A stretch of 64,000 nt of DNA, from positions 64,001 to 128,000 of IMG/VR virus record IMGVR_UViG_3300043773_002546; one strand, written 5' to 3'. Every line of letters starts with the position of its first letter. Within the stretch, counting starts at the first letter, position 1. The translations under genes were made by a program, and so were the position numbers. Of the stretch, positions 28,647 through 37,986 are shown in pieces. The notes beneath the pieces are model-generated. The model ran no database searches. It had not been told where the DNA came from and was given only the letters and a program-made list of their open reading frames with translations. This stretch comes from a virus.

Positions 28647-29459
28647 ATGCGCTATTTTGTTTCTAAGACCAGTACGGACGGGTTGGGAAACGTCCTGAAG
28701 GCCTACATCTCGATCCTCAGCATCAACCCGCGCAGCTATATCGTCTGCAATCCGGATTTCATGTACGGCGCCTACGATACGCTGTTGGCGCCAAAACACA
28801 TCTTCGATTTTTCCGATCCTTCTCCAGCGATATGGCATTACGGCTGGCGTTTGTGCGTCCTGCACGAGGAAACCAAGCAGCAACGACATTGTTCAAACGA
28901 ATGCGACAAATGGCCCGGTTTTGATAACCCTTATTTCCTGCGCCATTTCAGCCCGCGCGTGCACATCGACCATACGTACAACGCCCAGCGCATCAGCGCG
29001 CCCGTAAAAGAACGCATTTTGTCGGCGATCGCCCAGTTGCGGTTTTTACCGCCCGTCTTGGAACAGGCAAACGCCTGGCGGCAGGAAATCGGCGACGAAC
29101 CCGCGCTAGCTGTAGCGGTGCGCACGTGGAAAGCAAAGCACGAACACAACGTTGACCGCAATTACTCACAGTCAGCGTATCGAAAAGCCATCGCGGCCAA
29201 CCTTGCAGGTTTATCTACGGTGGTCTTGTCTGCGGACACTGATGACACGCTGGACGAGTACGCGCGCTGGTTAGCGGCGTTTTCCGTGCGCGTTGTTAAG
29301 CTGCACCAGGCACCGCACATGAACGCACTGCAATCCGCAGCATCGAAAATGCTGGCGTTTGCGCATTGTTCCCGCCTAGTTGCCGCGTGGCTAAGCACGT
29401 ATACCGAGTTGATATGGTGGTTTGGCGGTTGCCAGGCGCGCGTGATTCCCGTTCAATAG
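28647..29459 (+). CDS. Putative fucosyltransferase (NodZ/GT23/GT11-like GT-B)
   Basis: DGLGNVL; LAVAVRTW (HxR-like donor motif); VVLSADT; STYTELIWW. Confidence 0.55.
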   Translation: MRYFVSKTSTDGLGNVLKAYISILSINPRSYIVCNPDFMYGAYDTLLAPKHIFDFSDPSPAIWHYGWRLCVLHEETKQQRHCSNECDKWPGFDNPYFLRHFSPRVHIDHTYNAQRISAPVKERILSAIAQLRFLPPVLEQANAWRQEIGDEPALAVAVRTWKAKHEHNVDRNYSQSAYRKAIAANLAGLSTVVLSADTDDTLDEYARWLAAFSVRVVKLHQAPHMNALQSAASKMLAFAHCSRLVAAWLSTYTELIWWFGGCQARVIPVQ

Positions 29460-29463
29460 AACC

Positions 29464-31770
29464 ATGTCGCAGTTACAAGCATTTACAAACGTAGCCGGAC
29501 CCATAACGGTAGGGTTCAAGGGCGAGTTGGCGCGGCTGGCCGATCCGAACATCACGGACAAGGATACGGCCCACAGTTACTGCCCGGTATACGAGCAGGA
29601 ACTTGGGCGTTTGCGCCTAACCACAGGGCACGTGCTTGAAATTGGAGTGCAGCGCGGCGGTTCGGCCTGCATGTGGCTGCAGTATTTCGATTATGCAACT
29701 GTGCATGGCGTTGATATTTCGCCCAAACCGCAGTTGATGTTGCTGCACGATCCGCGCTACCAGCATCACCAAAAAGACGCCTACTCTGCAGATTTCGTTG
29801 CGTCTTTGCCGGACCTAATGGTAGCAATTGACGACGGGCCGCACACTGTCGAGTCGCAGCTGTCTTTTATTCGTCTGTACGGGCCAAAAATCGAACCGGC
29901 TGGTTTGCTAATCATCGAGGACATAGCGGCAGACGACGCTTTGCAACGCATCACAGCGCAGTTTGACGATCGCTGGGTCGTGCGCGTTTACGACCGTCGC
30001 GCGCTCACCAATCGGTTTGACGACGTAATACTGGTGGCGCAAAAAACGCAAGGTATGGTTGTGATGGTGGATGATCGCGGTTACGCGGATTTCATACAGG
30101 GCGCGGCCGCGCGGAACAAAGCTTTTGCCGACATGCACGGTCACGCGTTTCGGTTTTACCGTCCTGAAACCATAGTCTCTCCAGCGGGCCAGAAGCGGCA
30201 CCCAAGTTGGACAAAAATTATTGCCGTCGCGCACGCGCTACAGTCGGTTGATTGGGTTTTGTACATTGATTCTGACGCGGCCGTTGTCGCGCCGCGGCAA
30301 CCCGTCCCGATGCGCGAAAAATCTTGGTTCATTGCTGATCGGCCCTGGAACCGACAGTCTCCTAATGCGGGAATCTTTTTACTGCACAAGCGCGACTTAG
30401 CCTGGTTGCCGCAATGGTGGGAGTTTGACCTGCCCGAGCACGATAACAAACATTCCTGGGAGCAGGCGGCGTTGCAACGGTTGTGGGACACGTTACCGTT
30501 GGCGCTTTACAACGCGCCCCACGTGGAGATTGCTGACGAGCAGTGGGTGCGCCATTGCTATAACGAACAATCTAATCGCCGCAAGGATTTCTGCGTTGGC
30601 GCGCCCGTTGTGGCGCTGCCGGAGCCAATACCGTTTTCATGCACGCAACATGATGTTACGATTGGCGGCACTACATCTCCTTTTTACGCTCTCTGGAAAC
30701 AGCCACGCGCTATGAAAATCGCTGTTTACTCGCTGGCCAAGAACGAAGAGAAGCACGCTGCGGCCTGGGCGGAGTCTTGCAAAGAAGCTGACTACCGCGT
30801 GGTCACGGACACCGGTTCGGCCGACAAGACACCGGATATCCTGCGCGCAGCTGGCGTTAGTGTGTACACGGGCAACGTTGTGCCGTGGCGCTGGGACGAG
30901 GCCCATAACCTCTCCATGCACCATATACCCAGCGACGCCGACGTTTGCGTGCGCTTGGACTTGGACGAGCGTTTCAAACCTGGCTGGCGCGCGGCTATCG
31001 AGCAAGCCTGGAAGCCCGGCACGACCAAGCTACGGTACATGTACACCTGGAGCATGACGCCCGACGGTAAACCATTAAAGCGATTTCCCTCTGACCGCGT
31101 GCACAGTCGCTCGGGGTATCGCTGGACCGGAGCGACGCACGAAGGACTTGTGCGCTGGAATGGCGCGGAAGTATTCGCCTGGTCTGACGAGCTAGAAATT
31201 TTGCATCACCGCGATTTCGGCAAGAAACATAGCACAGACATGGAGCTCTTGCAGATCGCCGTGCGTGAAACGCCGCACGACGCTCGCATGTACTGGTATT
31301 TAGCGCGGCAAATGGACTATGAAAATCACACCGACACGGTCGCCACGTTTTTGAAGTACTTAGACATGCCCGGGGGTAGCTCAATCGAGCGAGCCTACGC
31401 TTGCCGCGTTTTGTCCCGTAGGCTGCCCGATAAAGCAGAATACTGGCTGCAGCGCGCCATTCAAGAAGATGCCGCTGGGCCTGATGGTTACTACGCCATG
31501 GCCAAATTGGCGCATCAAAATAAAAATCACTTAACAGCCTTCTACTACGGCAAGCAGGCCGCCGATAGAGCGGGCGCAAGCATGATGCACACCAGCGACA
31601 CAGAAGCGTTCAGCCACCTTCCGGCGGATATCACGAGCGTGAACGCGTTTCTCTTGGGGCTCAACAAAGAAGCCTTGCGCTACACCAAAATTGCGCTTGA
31701 GCGCAGCCCAAACGATGAGCGCCTCAAGCGCAATCTTGAGCAACTCTCGGAACAGCTCAAAGCTCATTGA
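29464..31770 (+). CDS. Multidomain SAM methyltransferase + GT34-like GT + GT2 + TPR fusion
   Basis: VLEIGVQRGGS and IDDGPH (MTase); WTKI, LYIDSDA, NAGIF, WEQAAL (GT34-like); from 30712 MKIAVYSLAKNEE, DTGSADKT, LDLDE (GT2); helical TPR tail. Confidence 0.8.
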   Translation: MSQLQAFTNVAGPITVGFKGELARLADPNITDKDTAHSYCPVYEQELGRLRLTTGHVLEIGVQRGGSACMWLQYFDYATVHGVDISPKPQLMLLHDPRYQHHQKDAYSADFVASLPDLMVAIDDGPHTVESQLSFIRLYGPKIEPAGLLIIEDIAADDALQRITAQFDDRWVVRVYDRRALTNRFDDVILVAQKTQGMVVMVDDRGYADFIQGAAARNKAFADMHGHAFRFYRPETIVSPAGQKRHPSWTKIIAVAHALQSVDWVLYIDSDAAVVAPRQPVPMREKSWFIADRPWNRQSPNAGIFLLHKRDLAWLPQWWEFDLPEHDNKHSWEQAALQRLWDTLPLALYNAPHVEIADEQWVRHCYNEQSNRRKDFCVGAPVVALPEPIPFSCTQHDVTIGGTTSPFYALWKQPRAMKIAVYSLAKNEEKHAAAWAESCKEADYRVVTDTGSADKTPDILRAAGVSVYTGNVVPWRWDEAHNLSMHHIPSDADVCVRLDLDERFKPGWRAAIEQAWKPGTTKLRYMYTWSMTPDGKPLKRFPSDRVHSRSGYRWTGATHEGLVRWNGAEVFAWSDELEILHHRDFGKKHSTDMELLQIAVRETPHDARMYWYLARQMDYENHTDTVATFLKYLDMPGGSSIERAYACRVLSRRLPDKAEYWLQRAIQEDAAGPDGYYAMAKLAHQNKNHLTAFYYGKQAADRAGASMMHTSDTEAFSHLPADITSVNAFLLGLNKEALRYTKIALERSPNDERLKRNLEQLSEQLKAH

Positions 31771-31780
31771 TATCAATGAG
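31763..31780. promoter_or_regulatory. Dispersed palindrome copy 6 (CTCATTGATATCAATGAG)
   Basis: Perfect 18-bp palindrome; provides the stop codon of the upstream gene; 20 bp before a promoter motif. Confidence 0.88.
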
Positions 31781-31800
31781 ATTTCGGGTATCTTGCGCGG

Positions 31801-31829
31801 GCTAAATCTGGCCCGTTTGGCGGGCATAT
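31801..31829 (+). promoter_or_regulatory. Phage promoter candidate GCTAAA-N14-CGGGCATAT (copy 2)
   Basis: GCTAAATCTGGCCCGTTTGGCGGGCATAT, 41 bp before a GTG start with GGAGG RBS. Confidence 0.68.
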
Positions 31830-31870
31830 TTAGTAGCCCCTGTGGCTTGTTATTACGCAAGGAGGAGAGT

Positions 31871-32422
31871 GTGCGCGCGTATAGTTTGAAAAAAGTCAAA
31901 GAAATGGTCGCGAGCTACAACAAGACCAAATCTGCCGATAGCGTCGCCGAAGAATTGAATTTGCCGCTTCGGGATGTGAAGCAGATCCTGGTCTGGTTGC
32001 ACCGGCATGACCCGATAAATAAAGAAGCCGACAAAGGGCGTTCGTTTTTGCTTCGGCTGCCCATCAATCAAATTTGGGCGCAGTTCTTGTACATACAGGA
32101 CGTAGCGGCGCACACTGCCGCGGCGTGCCTGAACTGGCCGCTTGAGCGTTTGCTGGAAACATGCGGTGGCCCTGAAGAGTGGGCGAAGCACTCCGGGCGC
32201 AAGCCAATCAAGCTCCATGTAAACGACATCTGGAACGGCCGCGAAAGTCAAGAACGACGGCCGGAAGATCCGACAGTAGAAGAGATCGAATCCCGTAAGC
32301 GCGAAGTTCACGCGATGTGGGACAGCAATAACAGCAGCATGCGCGGCGGCGTGCCCAAGGAGCCGCAACGCGTAGAGGTCCGGGAATACGTCTACGACAA
32401 CCGGAACGGCACTTTTACGTAA
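31871..32422 (+). CDS. Hypothetical protein with possible N-terminal HTH
   Basis: SADSVAEELNLPLRDVKQIL HTH-like segment; GGAGG RBS. Confidence 0.65.
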   Translation: MRAYSLKKVKEMVASYNKTKSADSVAEELNLPLRDVKQILVWLHRHDPINKEADKGRSFLLRLPINQIWAQFLYIQDVAAHTAAACLNWPLERLLETCGGPEEWAKHSGRKPIKLHVNDIWNGRESQERRPEDPTVEEIESRKREVHAMWDSNNSSMRGGVPKEPQRVEVREYVYDNRNGTFT

Positions 32423-32489
32423 ACAGGGCGTTGCTGGGGGCAGCGCCTTGCAGGAGGGTTGATTTGTGTTCTTTCCAAGGAGGGGGGAG

Positions 32490-32768
32490 ATGAGTCTGAT
32501 TCTTGCGATTCTGTCGCTGCTTACGGCGCTGTTGCCAATTGCCGACAGGAGTATCCAAGGTTACCAGCACTACCAGCAAGGCAAGCAGGCCGCACCTGCC
32601 GAAGCCGTGCGGGCAGCGCTTCAGCCGGTCGTACCGCCCGAGGCAGGCCAGGCCAATGTCGTGTTCTACAACGGTGAGTGGTGGAAATACGAGAATGGCG
32701 CCTGGCTTGTCTGGCGGCCCAATCGGCAGTACATGGCCCAAGGAGGGGTTTCCAATGTTTCTCGTTAA
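32490..32768 (+). CDS. Small secreted or membrane protein
   Basis: AAGGAGG RBS; N-terminal hydrophobic signal. Confidence 0.65.
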   Translation: MSLILAILSLLTALLPIADRSIQGYQHYQQGKQAAPAEAVRAALQPVVPPEAGQANVVFYNGEWWKYENGAWLVWRPNRQYMAQGGVSNVSR

Positions 32769-32952
32769 GAACAGCATCGTGTGCGGAGCAGGCGCGATTG
32801 GCGGCGTGTTCGGCTACGTCTCGGCACCAACCGAGCTGTGGGCGCTCGCCGCTGCTTTTGGCTGCATGCTGGCGTGTGCCAGCGTGGCCGACTTTTTGAC
32901 GCTTCAGCTGGAGGAAGACGAGGATGAAGACGATACTCGCGAGTCAGTTTGA
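32755..32952 (+). CDS. Small two-TM membrane protein with acidic tail
   Basis: AGGAGG RBS; hydrophobic segments. Confidence 0.6.
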   Translation: MFLVKNSIVCGAGAIGGVFGYVSAPTELWALAAAFGCMLACASVADFLTLQLEEDEDEDDTRESV

Positions 32953-33313
32953 GCGATGCAAAACGGCGCTGATTCGGCTCGAGAACTTGGTGCCCGAGGA
33001 CGCGACCGGTGAGACTACCGTGCCGATCGCCGTACACGAGATCGACGACTTGGACGTGTTTGTACAAAACGCCCAGCTCGAAATCGATTCGCGGCGGTCA
33101 ATGATTGACGAGACGGTCAAAGCTATCCGTGGCGGCGACGTCATGGTGACGCCCGAGGAGCTGCGTACGATATCGCTGGCGACGGCCTTTTTGAAGGACG
33201 CGCTGGACTACATCGACGCAGGAATGACATGCCGAGAGACGGTTCTGGACGCTCAGCGGCGTATTTTGCGGGCGCTCGAGTCCATCAACGCCAGGGACAC
33301 ATCTTGGCACTAG
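32924..33313 (+). CDS. Hypothetical protein
   Basis: GAGG RBS. Confidence 0.65.
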   Translation: MKTILASQFERCKTALIRLENLVPEDATGETTVPIAVHEIDDLDVFVQNAQLEIDSRRSMIDETVKAIRGGDVMVTPEELRTISLATAFLKDALDYIDAGMTCRETVLDAQRRILRALESINARDTSWH

Positions 33314-33326
33314 AAAGGAGTCGAGC

Positions 33327-33959
33327 ATGCAGGTTTATCAGGGCCGGTACCACCACTGGTTTCAACCGTATCGCTGGCTGAAAGACTGGGCGATGTGGTG
33401 GAACGGCGTTCACGGCGAAAAGGATAAGTTCGACCTTGGGCGTTACGAGGCTGTCGAAAAACGGATTCGTGACAATCGGTTTGCGCGTTGGCTGCGTGAC
33501 GTCGAACATTTCGTCGACGCGCGGCACACCCGCAAGATCAGGGTAAAGATCGACTACTGGGATGTGTGGGGCGCGGACCACACCTTGGCGGTGATCATCG
33601 TGCCGCTGCTCAAGCTCCTCAAGGAGAAAAAGCAGGGCTCACCGTTTGTCGATGATGACGACGTTCCCGAGCATCTCTGTTCGACGGCTTGCCCGCCGGT
33701 TGGAGAGTACGAGACCGACGCCAATCATCATGCGCGGTGGGAATGGGTTCTGGACGAAATGATCTGGGCGATGGAGCAGGTCGCAGACGAGTCGGGCGAC
33801 GACGAGTTCTTTGACCACAGCAACGTGAACGACTCCGACTCGTTCTCCGCCCAGGTCAAGCAAATGAAGTTTGACAAAAAGGGGTACGACAAGTACCAAC
33901 ACCGGGTCGCCCGCGGCCTGAAGTTGTTCGGTAAGTACTTCCGCGCGCTTTGGGATTGA
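33327..33959 (+). CDS. Conserved phage hypothetical protein
   Basis: WDVWGADHTLA..I.PLL, W.WVLDEMIWA and GL.LFGKYF..LWD form a pattern common in large phages. Confidence 0.75.
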   Translation: MQVYQGRYHHWFQPYRWLKDWAMWWNGVHGEKDKFDLGRYEAVEKRIRDNRFARWLRDVEHFVDARHTRKIRVKIDYWDVWGADHTLAVIIVPLLKLLKEKKQGSPFVDDDDVPEHLCSTACPPVGEYETDANHHARWEWVLDEMIWAMEQVADESGDDEFFDHSNVNDSDSFSAQVKQMKFDKKGYDKYQHRVARGLKLFGKYFRALWD

Positions 33960-34001
33960 TGTTTAGGGCAGTTTCGGGTTAACGCCCAACCTGCCCGCCC
34001 T

Positions 34002-34072
34002 GGGACTGTAGCTCGACGGTCGAGCAGGGGACTTTTAATCCCTCGGTCTGGGTTCGATTCCCAGCGGTCCCA
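34002..34072 (+). tRNA. tRNA-Lys(UUU)
   Basis: GGGACTG/CGGTCCC acceptor stem; anticodon loop CT-TTT-AA; GGTTCGATTCC T arm; CCA not encoded. Confidence 0.93.
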
Positions 34073-34115
34073 TGCCGTAATGGTTTACGGTTGTCCCTGT
34101 TTCAAGGAGGATTGT

Positions 34116-34418
34116 ATGAAGTACGTTCTGTTTGTTCTGCTCGCCCTGGTTGCCTGTGCCGCCCAAGCCCAGCAGCCTGTCCGGACCTACACCAGCATGC
34201 CCTGCAACGCCACTGCGCAAGGCGTTGCCGAGCTGTGCGCCCGCAATCGAGTGCTCAAGCACTGGGGCGGGAACCGAGGCTTGGAGGGCGTCGGGTCGGG
34301 CAGCACGCCGGAACAGGCGCTGCGCAACTGCTGCTACTCCAATAGCGGCAGGCAGGTGGTCGACCAGGGTGTCGCCTTTGGCGGCGGCCGGTGGTTCGCC
34401 TGCAAGCGTTATCGCTAG
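34116..34418 (+). CDS. Small secreted Cys-containing protein
   Basis: AAGGAGG RBS; signal peptide MKYVLFVLLALVACAAQA; HWGG..LEGVG..A..NCCY. Confidence 0.75.
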   Translation: MKYVLFVLLALVACAAQAQQPVRTYTSMPCNATAQGVAELCARNRVLKHWGGNRGLEGVGSGSTPEQALRNCCYSNSGRQVVDQGVAFGGGRWFACKRYR

Positions 34419-34432
34419 AATGCGTTTAACAC

Positions 34433-34536
34433 ACCGGGCGCACCGCTCGCCGCAAGGCTGACGTGCATCAAGGCCCGGTTCGCAAACCCGCGGGGCGCCG
34501 TGCTGGGGAACCCGGTGCGAGCTCACTTCCGCGGGT
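34433..34536 (+). ncRNA. Candidate structured RNA with two closed multi-stem domains
   Basis: ACCGGGC/GCCCGGT and ACCCGCGG/CCGCGGGT closing stems; GCC-GCAA-GGC GNRA hairpin; intergenic. Confidence 0.4.
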
Positions 34537-34542
34537 CGTTTG

Positions 34543-34587
34543 GGGCGGGCGCTGGGGAAAACTTCCTGGCGCCCGCCCTTTTCTTTT
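34543..34587 (+). terminator. Intrinsic terminator
   Basis: GGGCGGGCGC/GCGCCCGCCC 10-bp stem followed by TTTTCTTTT. Confidence 0.8.
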
Positions 34588-34603
34588 CTCTGGAGCGCGC
34601 ACA

Positions 34604-34942
34604 ATGCGTTATGCCGACGCTCGGTGCACCTACACCGAGACCTACACGCCGGAGCACACCTACACGTTCACCGGCCCCTGTGCGATCACGGGCAAGCCCT
34701 ACAGCGTGACGGTGCCCGCCGCCGGTCTCTTTGCCTATCGCCAGGGCGCCTATATCCAAGACGCCTTTCCCGATCTGCCTGCGGGCGACCGGGAGTTTCT
34801 CATGTCGGGTATTTCTCCCGAGGCGTTTGATTCCATGTTCGGTAACCCTTTCGAGGACGACGACGATGGCGACGATGACGAAACTGGACCGGGAACAGGC
34901 GATACAGTTGGCGAAGACCACGCCGAGACCACTGGAACCTAG
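34604..34942 (+). CDS. Hypothetical protein
   Basis: GGAG RBS; CAITG...FLMSGISP pattern. Confidence 0.7.
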   Translation: MRYADARCTYTETYTPEHTYTFTGPCAITGKPYSVTVPAAGLFAYRQGAYIQDAFPDLPAGDREFLMSGISPEAFDSMFGNPFEDDDDGDDDETGPGTGDTVGEDHAETTGT

Positions 34943-35171
34943 GATCCCGACTGGTCCTCACGACTACGGTGACGAGCTGACCGTGGGCCTGCAGATGAAG
35001 CGCAACAGCTATAAGCTGGGCAACGGTATCGGCGAAGACGACTTCGGCATGTTCGTGGGCAAGACCGAGCAAGGCTACGCCATTCTGACGTGGGGACTGT
35101 TCTACAACCCCACGGGCGCCGAGGTGTTCTCGACGCTGGACGACATGAAGGCCGAGTGGAGGCTGGACTGA
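34875..35171 (+). CDS. Hypothetical protein
   Basis: TGATG coupling to the next gene. Confidence 0.6.
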   Translation: MTKLDREQAIQLAKTTPRPLEPRIPTGPHDYGDELTVGLQMKRNSYKLGNGIGEDDFGMFVGKTEQGYAILTWGLFYNPTGAEVFSTLDDMKAEWRLD

Positions 35172-35470
35172 TGCTTCTGGAAAACAGCAATCTGACGTTT
35201 GACGGCGAGTACGCGGAGATCCCCGACTATATGCGTGAGCCGCTGCTGGCTTACGTCAACACGGGGCGGAGCAGCCGGTTCGATTTCCTGCGCGCCGTGG
35301 TGAGCAATGACCTGTTCAACTCCGTGGGTCGCGCCGACAAGACAAACCTGGCCCTGCTTCCGCTCTACGTCCGCTGGCTCTACAACAGGGCGCCTATCGG
35401 TTGCTATGGTTCGCCGGAGGCCGTGGCGGCTTGGATCAAAAAGGGCGGCCTCGAGGGAGAACGCGCATGA
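35171..35470 (+). CDS. Conserved phage hypothetical protein
   Basis: FLRAVVSNDL...RAD..N pattern; overlaps at both ends. Confidence 0.7.
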   Translation: MLLENSNLTFDGEYAEIPDYMREPLLAYVNTGRSSRFDFLRAVVSNDLFNSVGRADKTNLALLPLYVRWLYNRAPIGCYGSPEAVAAWIKKGGLEGERA

Positions 35471-35970
35471 AGCCCAAGTTTCAACACGACTGTGACTGCT
35501 GCACGTTCTATGGTCACCTCTACGACCACGACGTGTACCAGTGCGGCAAGAGCCTGATCGCCCGCCACGGCAACGAGGGCGGCGAATACGCCTCGTGGCC
35601 CAAGGCCGTGTTCATCGATGTGTTGGCCAGAGAAAGTTGGGCGGAGGACAAAGCCTCGCGGGCCATCGCAGCGGCGCTTTCCTGCCAGGCACTGGGCGAC
35701 ACTCCGCGCGAGCTGCAACGCTTTGAGAACATCGGCGAGGTCAAGAACGCTGTCTATAAAGTAAAGTGGGACATGCTCTTTGGGCCGGACAAACGGGACA
35801 TCGTGCCTGATCCCGGCTGGGGCCTGGAAGCCAACACGGCTTTCAACCACTTCTACATCGCCCGCTCGCTGCTCGAGCAGGCCGAGCATCACCTGGCCAT
35901 TGCCGATGCGCATGACCGGGTGTGCTGGCAGAAGTTCCGCGAGAAACAGGAGGCGCCCAGTGGACAGTAA
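35467..35970 (+). CDS. Hypothetical protein
   Basis: ATGA overlap; HDCDCC..G N-terminal motif. Confidence 0.7.
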   Translation: MKPKFQHDCDCCTFYGHLYDHDVYQCGKSLIARHGNEGGEYASWPKAVFIDVLARESWAEDKASRAIAAALSCQALGDTPRELQRFENIGEVKNAVYKVKWDMLFGPDKRDIVPDPGWGLEANTAFNHFYIARSLLEQAEHHLAIADAHDRVCWQKFREKQEAPSGQ

Positions 35971-36313
35971 CACACGCTGGTTCATTGAGGCGCTGCGTGA
36001 TGCCTGTGATCACGCGCTGGAAGACGGCATGGTGGGCGACCAGATGGGGCACATCGAAAGCATTGAAGTAACCGATTCGGGCACTTCCCGTATCTGCGAA
36101 AACAGCGGGTTTGTGCACAGTACGCCCATCATGTTGAAAGTGACCTGCTTTGGCGCATACAGCCCGACTGAATGTCGGCGGGTGTATGAAAACCAAGGCG
36201 TTATTCAAGTGGCAGATATGGTCGCGCGCTTTTTGGCAGACCGCAGTATTGGTTTGAAAACAACTCTGGAGGACCTCAAATGTCCGCAGAACAAGGAGTC
36301 AGCGACTGGGTAG
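35960..36313 (+). CDS. Hypothetical protein
   Basis: AGGAGG RBS before GTG 35960. Confidence 0.6.
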   Translation: MDSNTRWFIEALRDACDHALEDGMVGDQMGHIESIEVTDSGTSRICENSGFVHSTPIMLKVTCFGAYSPTECRRVYENQGVIQVADMVARFLADRSIGLKTTLEDLKCPQNKESATG

Positions 36314-36657
36314 ACATCATCGACCAGCACCACGACGAGCACGGAGGCGATGCGCCGCTCGTGCTGCAGCCGTCGGAGGTGCACCGGCTGCGCGAAGATC
36401 TCTGCAGTGCGTACTCGTCGCTCACGTTTCGTGAGCGGCAGCTGGTAGAGCTCAGCGCGTTTGTCAAGCGGTATGACGCCGCGCTGGATCGGACGATGGT
36501 GCTGGTGGAGAGCTACAAAAAGCTCACCGCTAAGACGGCGGATATCGCGCGGATAGCGATCAGCTCCCGCCAGGACGACGGCTATACGACGCGGCCGTAC
36601 TGTCCTGCAGACCGCCCGGGCGAAGAGACCCTGGCGGAGTTCTCGCGTCGGGCATAG
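36280..36657 (+). CDS. Hypothetical protein
   Basis: GGAGG RBS. Confidence 0.65.
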   Translation: MSAEQGVSDWVDIIDQHHDEHGGDAPLVLQPSEVHRLREDLCSAYSSLTFRERQLVELSAFVKRYDAALDRTMVLVESYKKLTAKTADIARIAISSRQDDGYTTRPYCPADRPGEETLAEFSRRA

Positions 36658-36666
36658 GAGGAGCAC

Positions 36667-36897
36667 ATGCGGCTGATGATCTACGGCATCGGAGGCGAGT
36701 TCGCCGAGCAGCTCGTGGGCTGCGCGACGGACATCACCACGGCGCTGAACCTGCTCAAGCTTCTGCGCTTGAGCGGCGCCAGCGGTTGTTCTGTTCATGG
36801 CTCGTTGGGCTACGGCACGGAGCCGTTGTCCGGCGAGCTGGGGCTGGGCGCGCTCGAGAACATGCTTCTCGACGCGCGTTGGGCTCCGGCGTGTTAA
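36667..36897 (+). CDS. Hypothetical protein
   Basis: AGGAGGAG RBS. Confidence 0.65.
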   Translation: MRLMIYGIGGEFAEQLVGCATDITTALNLLKLLRLSGASGCSVHGSLGYGTEPLSGELGLGALENMLLDARWAPAC

Positions 36898-36903
36898 TTG
36901 TGT

Positions 36904-36918
36904 CTCATTGATATCAAA
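36904..36918. promoter_or_regulatory. Dispersed palindrome copy 7 (CTCATTGATATCAAA)
   Basis: Intergenic, directly before an AAGGAGG RBS. Confidence 0.75.
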
Positions 36919-36936
36919 CCCAAGGAGGAAACATCC

Positions 36937-37191
36937 GTGGCCAAGATGACGCTTGAACGGGCCAGCGAACTGGTGTCGGCGCTGCGGGAAATGTGCCCGC
37001 CGCCCGACACCAAGGCTCCCGAGCTGTTCGACTATTTCGTCGAGGCGCTGAACATCAGCGACGACAAGCTCGAGCAGTTCGCGGTGCTGTGCGGTTTCCA
37101 GGTTGTCACCAACGTCGAGCTGATGTTTGTGCCCTGGGAAGAGATGGGGAAGATGCTCGATTGTCCACCTGAAGAAGGGAGTCAGCAGTGA
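36937..37191 (+). CDS. Hypothetical protein
   Basis: AAGGAGG RBS before GTG 36937. Confidence 0.65.
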   Translation: MAKMTLERASELVSALREMCPPPDTKAPELFDYFVEALNISDDKLEQFAVLCGFQVVTNVELMFVPWEEMGKMLDCPPEEGSQQ

Positions 37192-37559
37192 CCAAGATCG
37201 TGATCAACACGTGTTTCGGCGGGTTTGGGCTCTCGCAGGAGGCGCAGGCCAAGCTGCACGCGCTGGGCTCTGAGTACGTCCGGGAGCTGACGCCCCTGGA
37301 GCGCGAGGAGTCGGTTTTTCATGACGACGACCAGTTCCTGCTGGCCTACGAGATTCCGCGCCATGACCCGCTGTTTGTGCAGGTGGTCGAGGAGTTGGGC
37401 TCAAGGGCCAACGGGAATTGCGCCAAGCTGGCTGTGGTCGAGATTCCGGGAACGCTCTACCGGATCAATGAGTACGACGGCCGGGAAGGAGTCGAGACGC
37501 CCGAGAAGCTCAACTGGATCGACGCCACGCAGGCGCCGGTGCCGGTAGACTGGGCGTAA
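37188..37559 (+). CDS. Conserved phage hypothetical protein
   Basis: KIVINTCFGGFGLS; RHDP..VQVVEELG; VVEIP; EYDG.E. Confidence 0.8.
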   Translation: MTKIVINTCFGGFGLSQEAQAKLHALGSEYVRELTPLEREESVFHDDDQFLLAYEIPRHDPLFVQVVEELGSRANGNCAKLAVVEIPGTLYRINEYDGREGVETPEKLNWIDATQAPVPVDWA

Positions 37560-37567
37560 TGTTGTTA

Positions 37568-37639
37568 GGCCCCATCGTCTAATGGTTAGGACACCGCCCT
37601 TTCACGGCGGTAATCGGGGTTCGAATCTCCGTGGGGTCA
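37568..37639 (+). tRNA. tRNA-Glu(UUC)
   Basis: GGCCCCA/TGGGGTC acceptor stem; CCGCC-CTTTCAC-GGCGG anticodon arm; GGTTCGAATC T arm. Confidence 0.93.
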
Positions 37640-37672
37640 CTGTCGTAATAACTTTCAATCGCAGGAAAACAC

Positions 37673-37975
37673 ATGACAGTACGTGAATTGATCGAGCAAT
37701 TGTCGTCGTTGGATCCTGACAGCGTTGTTTACGCCGCTGAACTTGTCCGCCACGAGCCGTATGACGACGAAGATTCTTTGTCGGCACATGGTTTTCGTTA
37801 TTCATACAACGCCAAAAATATTGTTTGTGTGCCCGGCAAGCAGGCTGCAATTATTGGGTGCCGTGCGCTTGTCGACCTTATGCCGTCGAGTGAAGAATTG
37901 GTGCAGCAGCAGGCATTTTTCGCCGCGCTTTCTGCTAATTATGCTGCAGAAAGCACACAAGCAGATCGGTATTGA
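37673..37975 (+). CDS. Hypothetical protein
   Basis: MTVRELIEQL..LDPD N-terminus typical of small phage proteins; AGGA RBS. Confidence 0.65.
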   Translation: MTVRELIEQLSSLDPDSVVYAAELVRHEPYDDEDSLSAHGFRYSYNAKNIVCVPGKQAAIIGCRALVDLMPSSEELVQQQAFFAALSANYAAESTQADRY

Positions 37976-37986
37976 TTTAACCATAC

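Noticed and set aside
34504-34525. Cobalamin riboswitch-like GGGAACCCGGTGCGA
   Set aside because: The expected downstream TCC pairing and the GCnACTG box are missing
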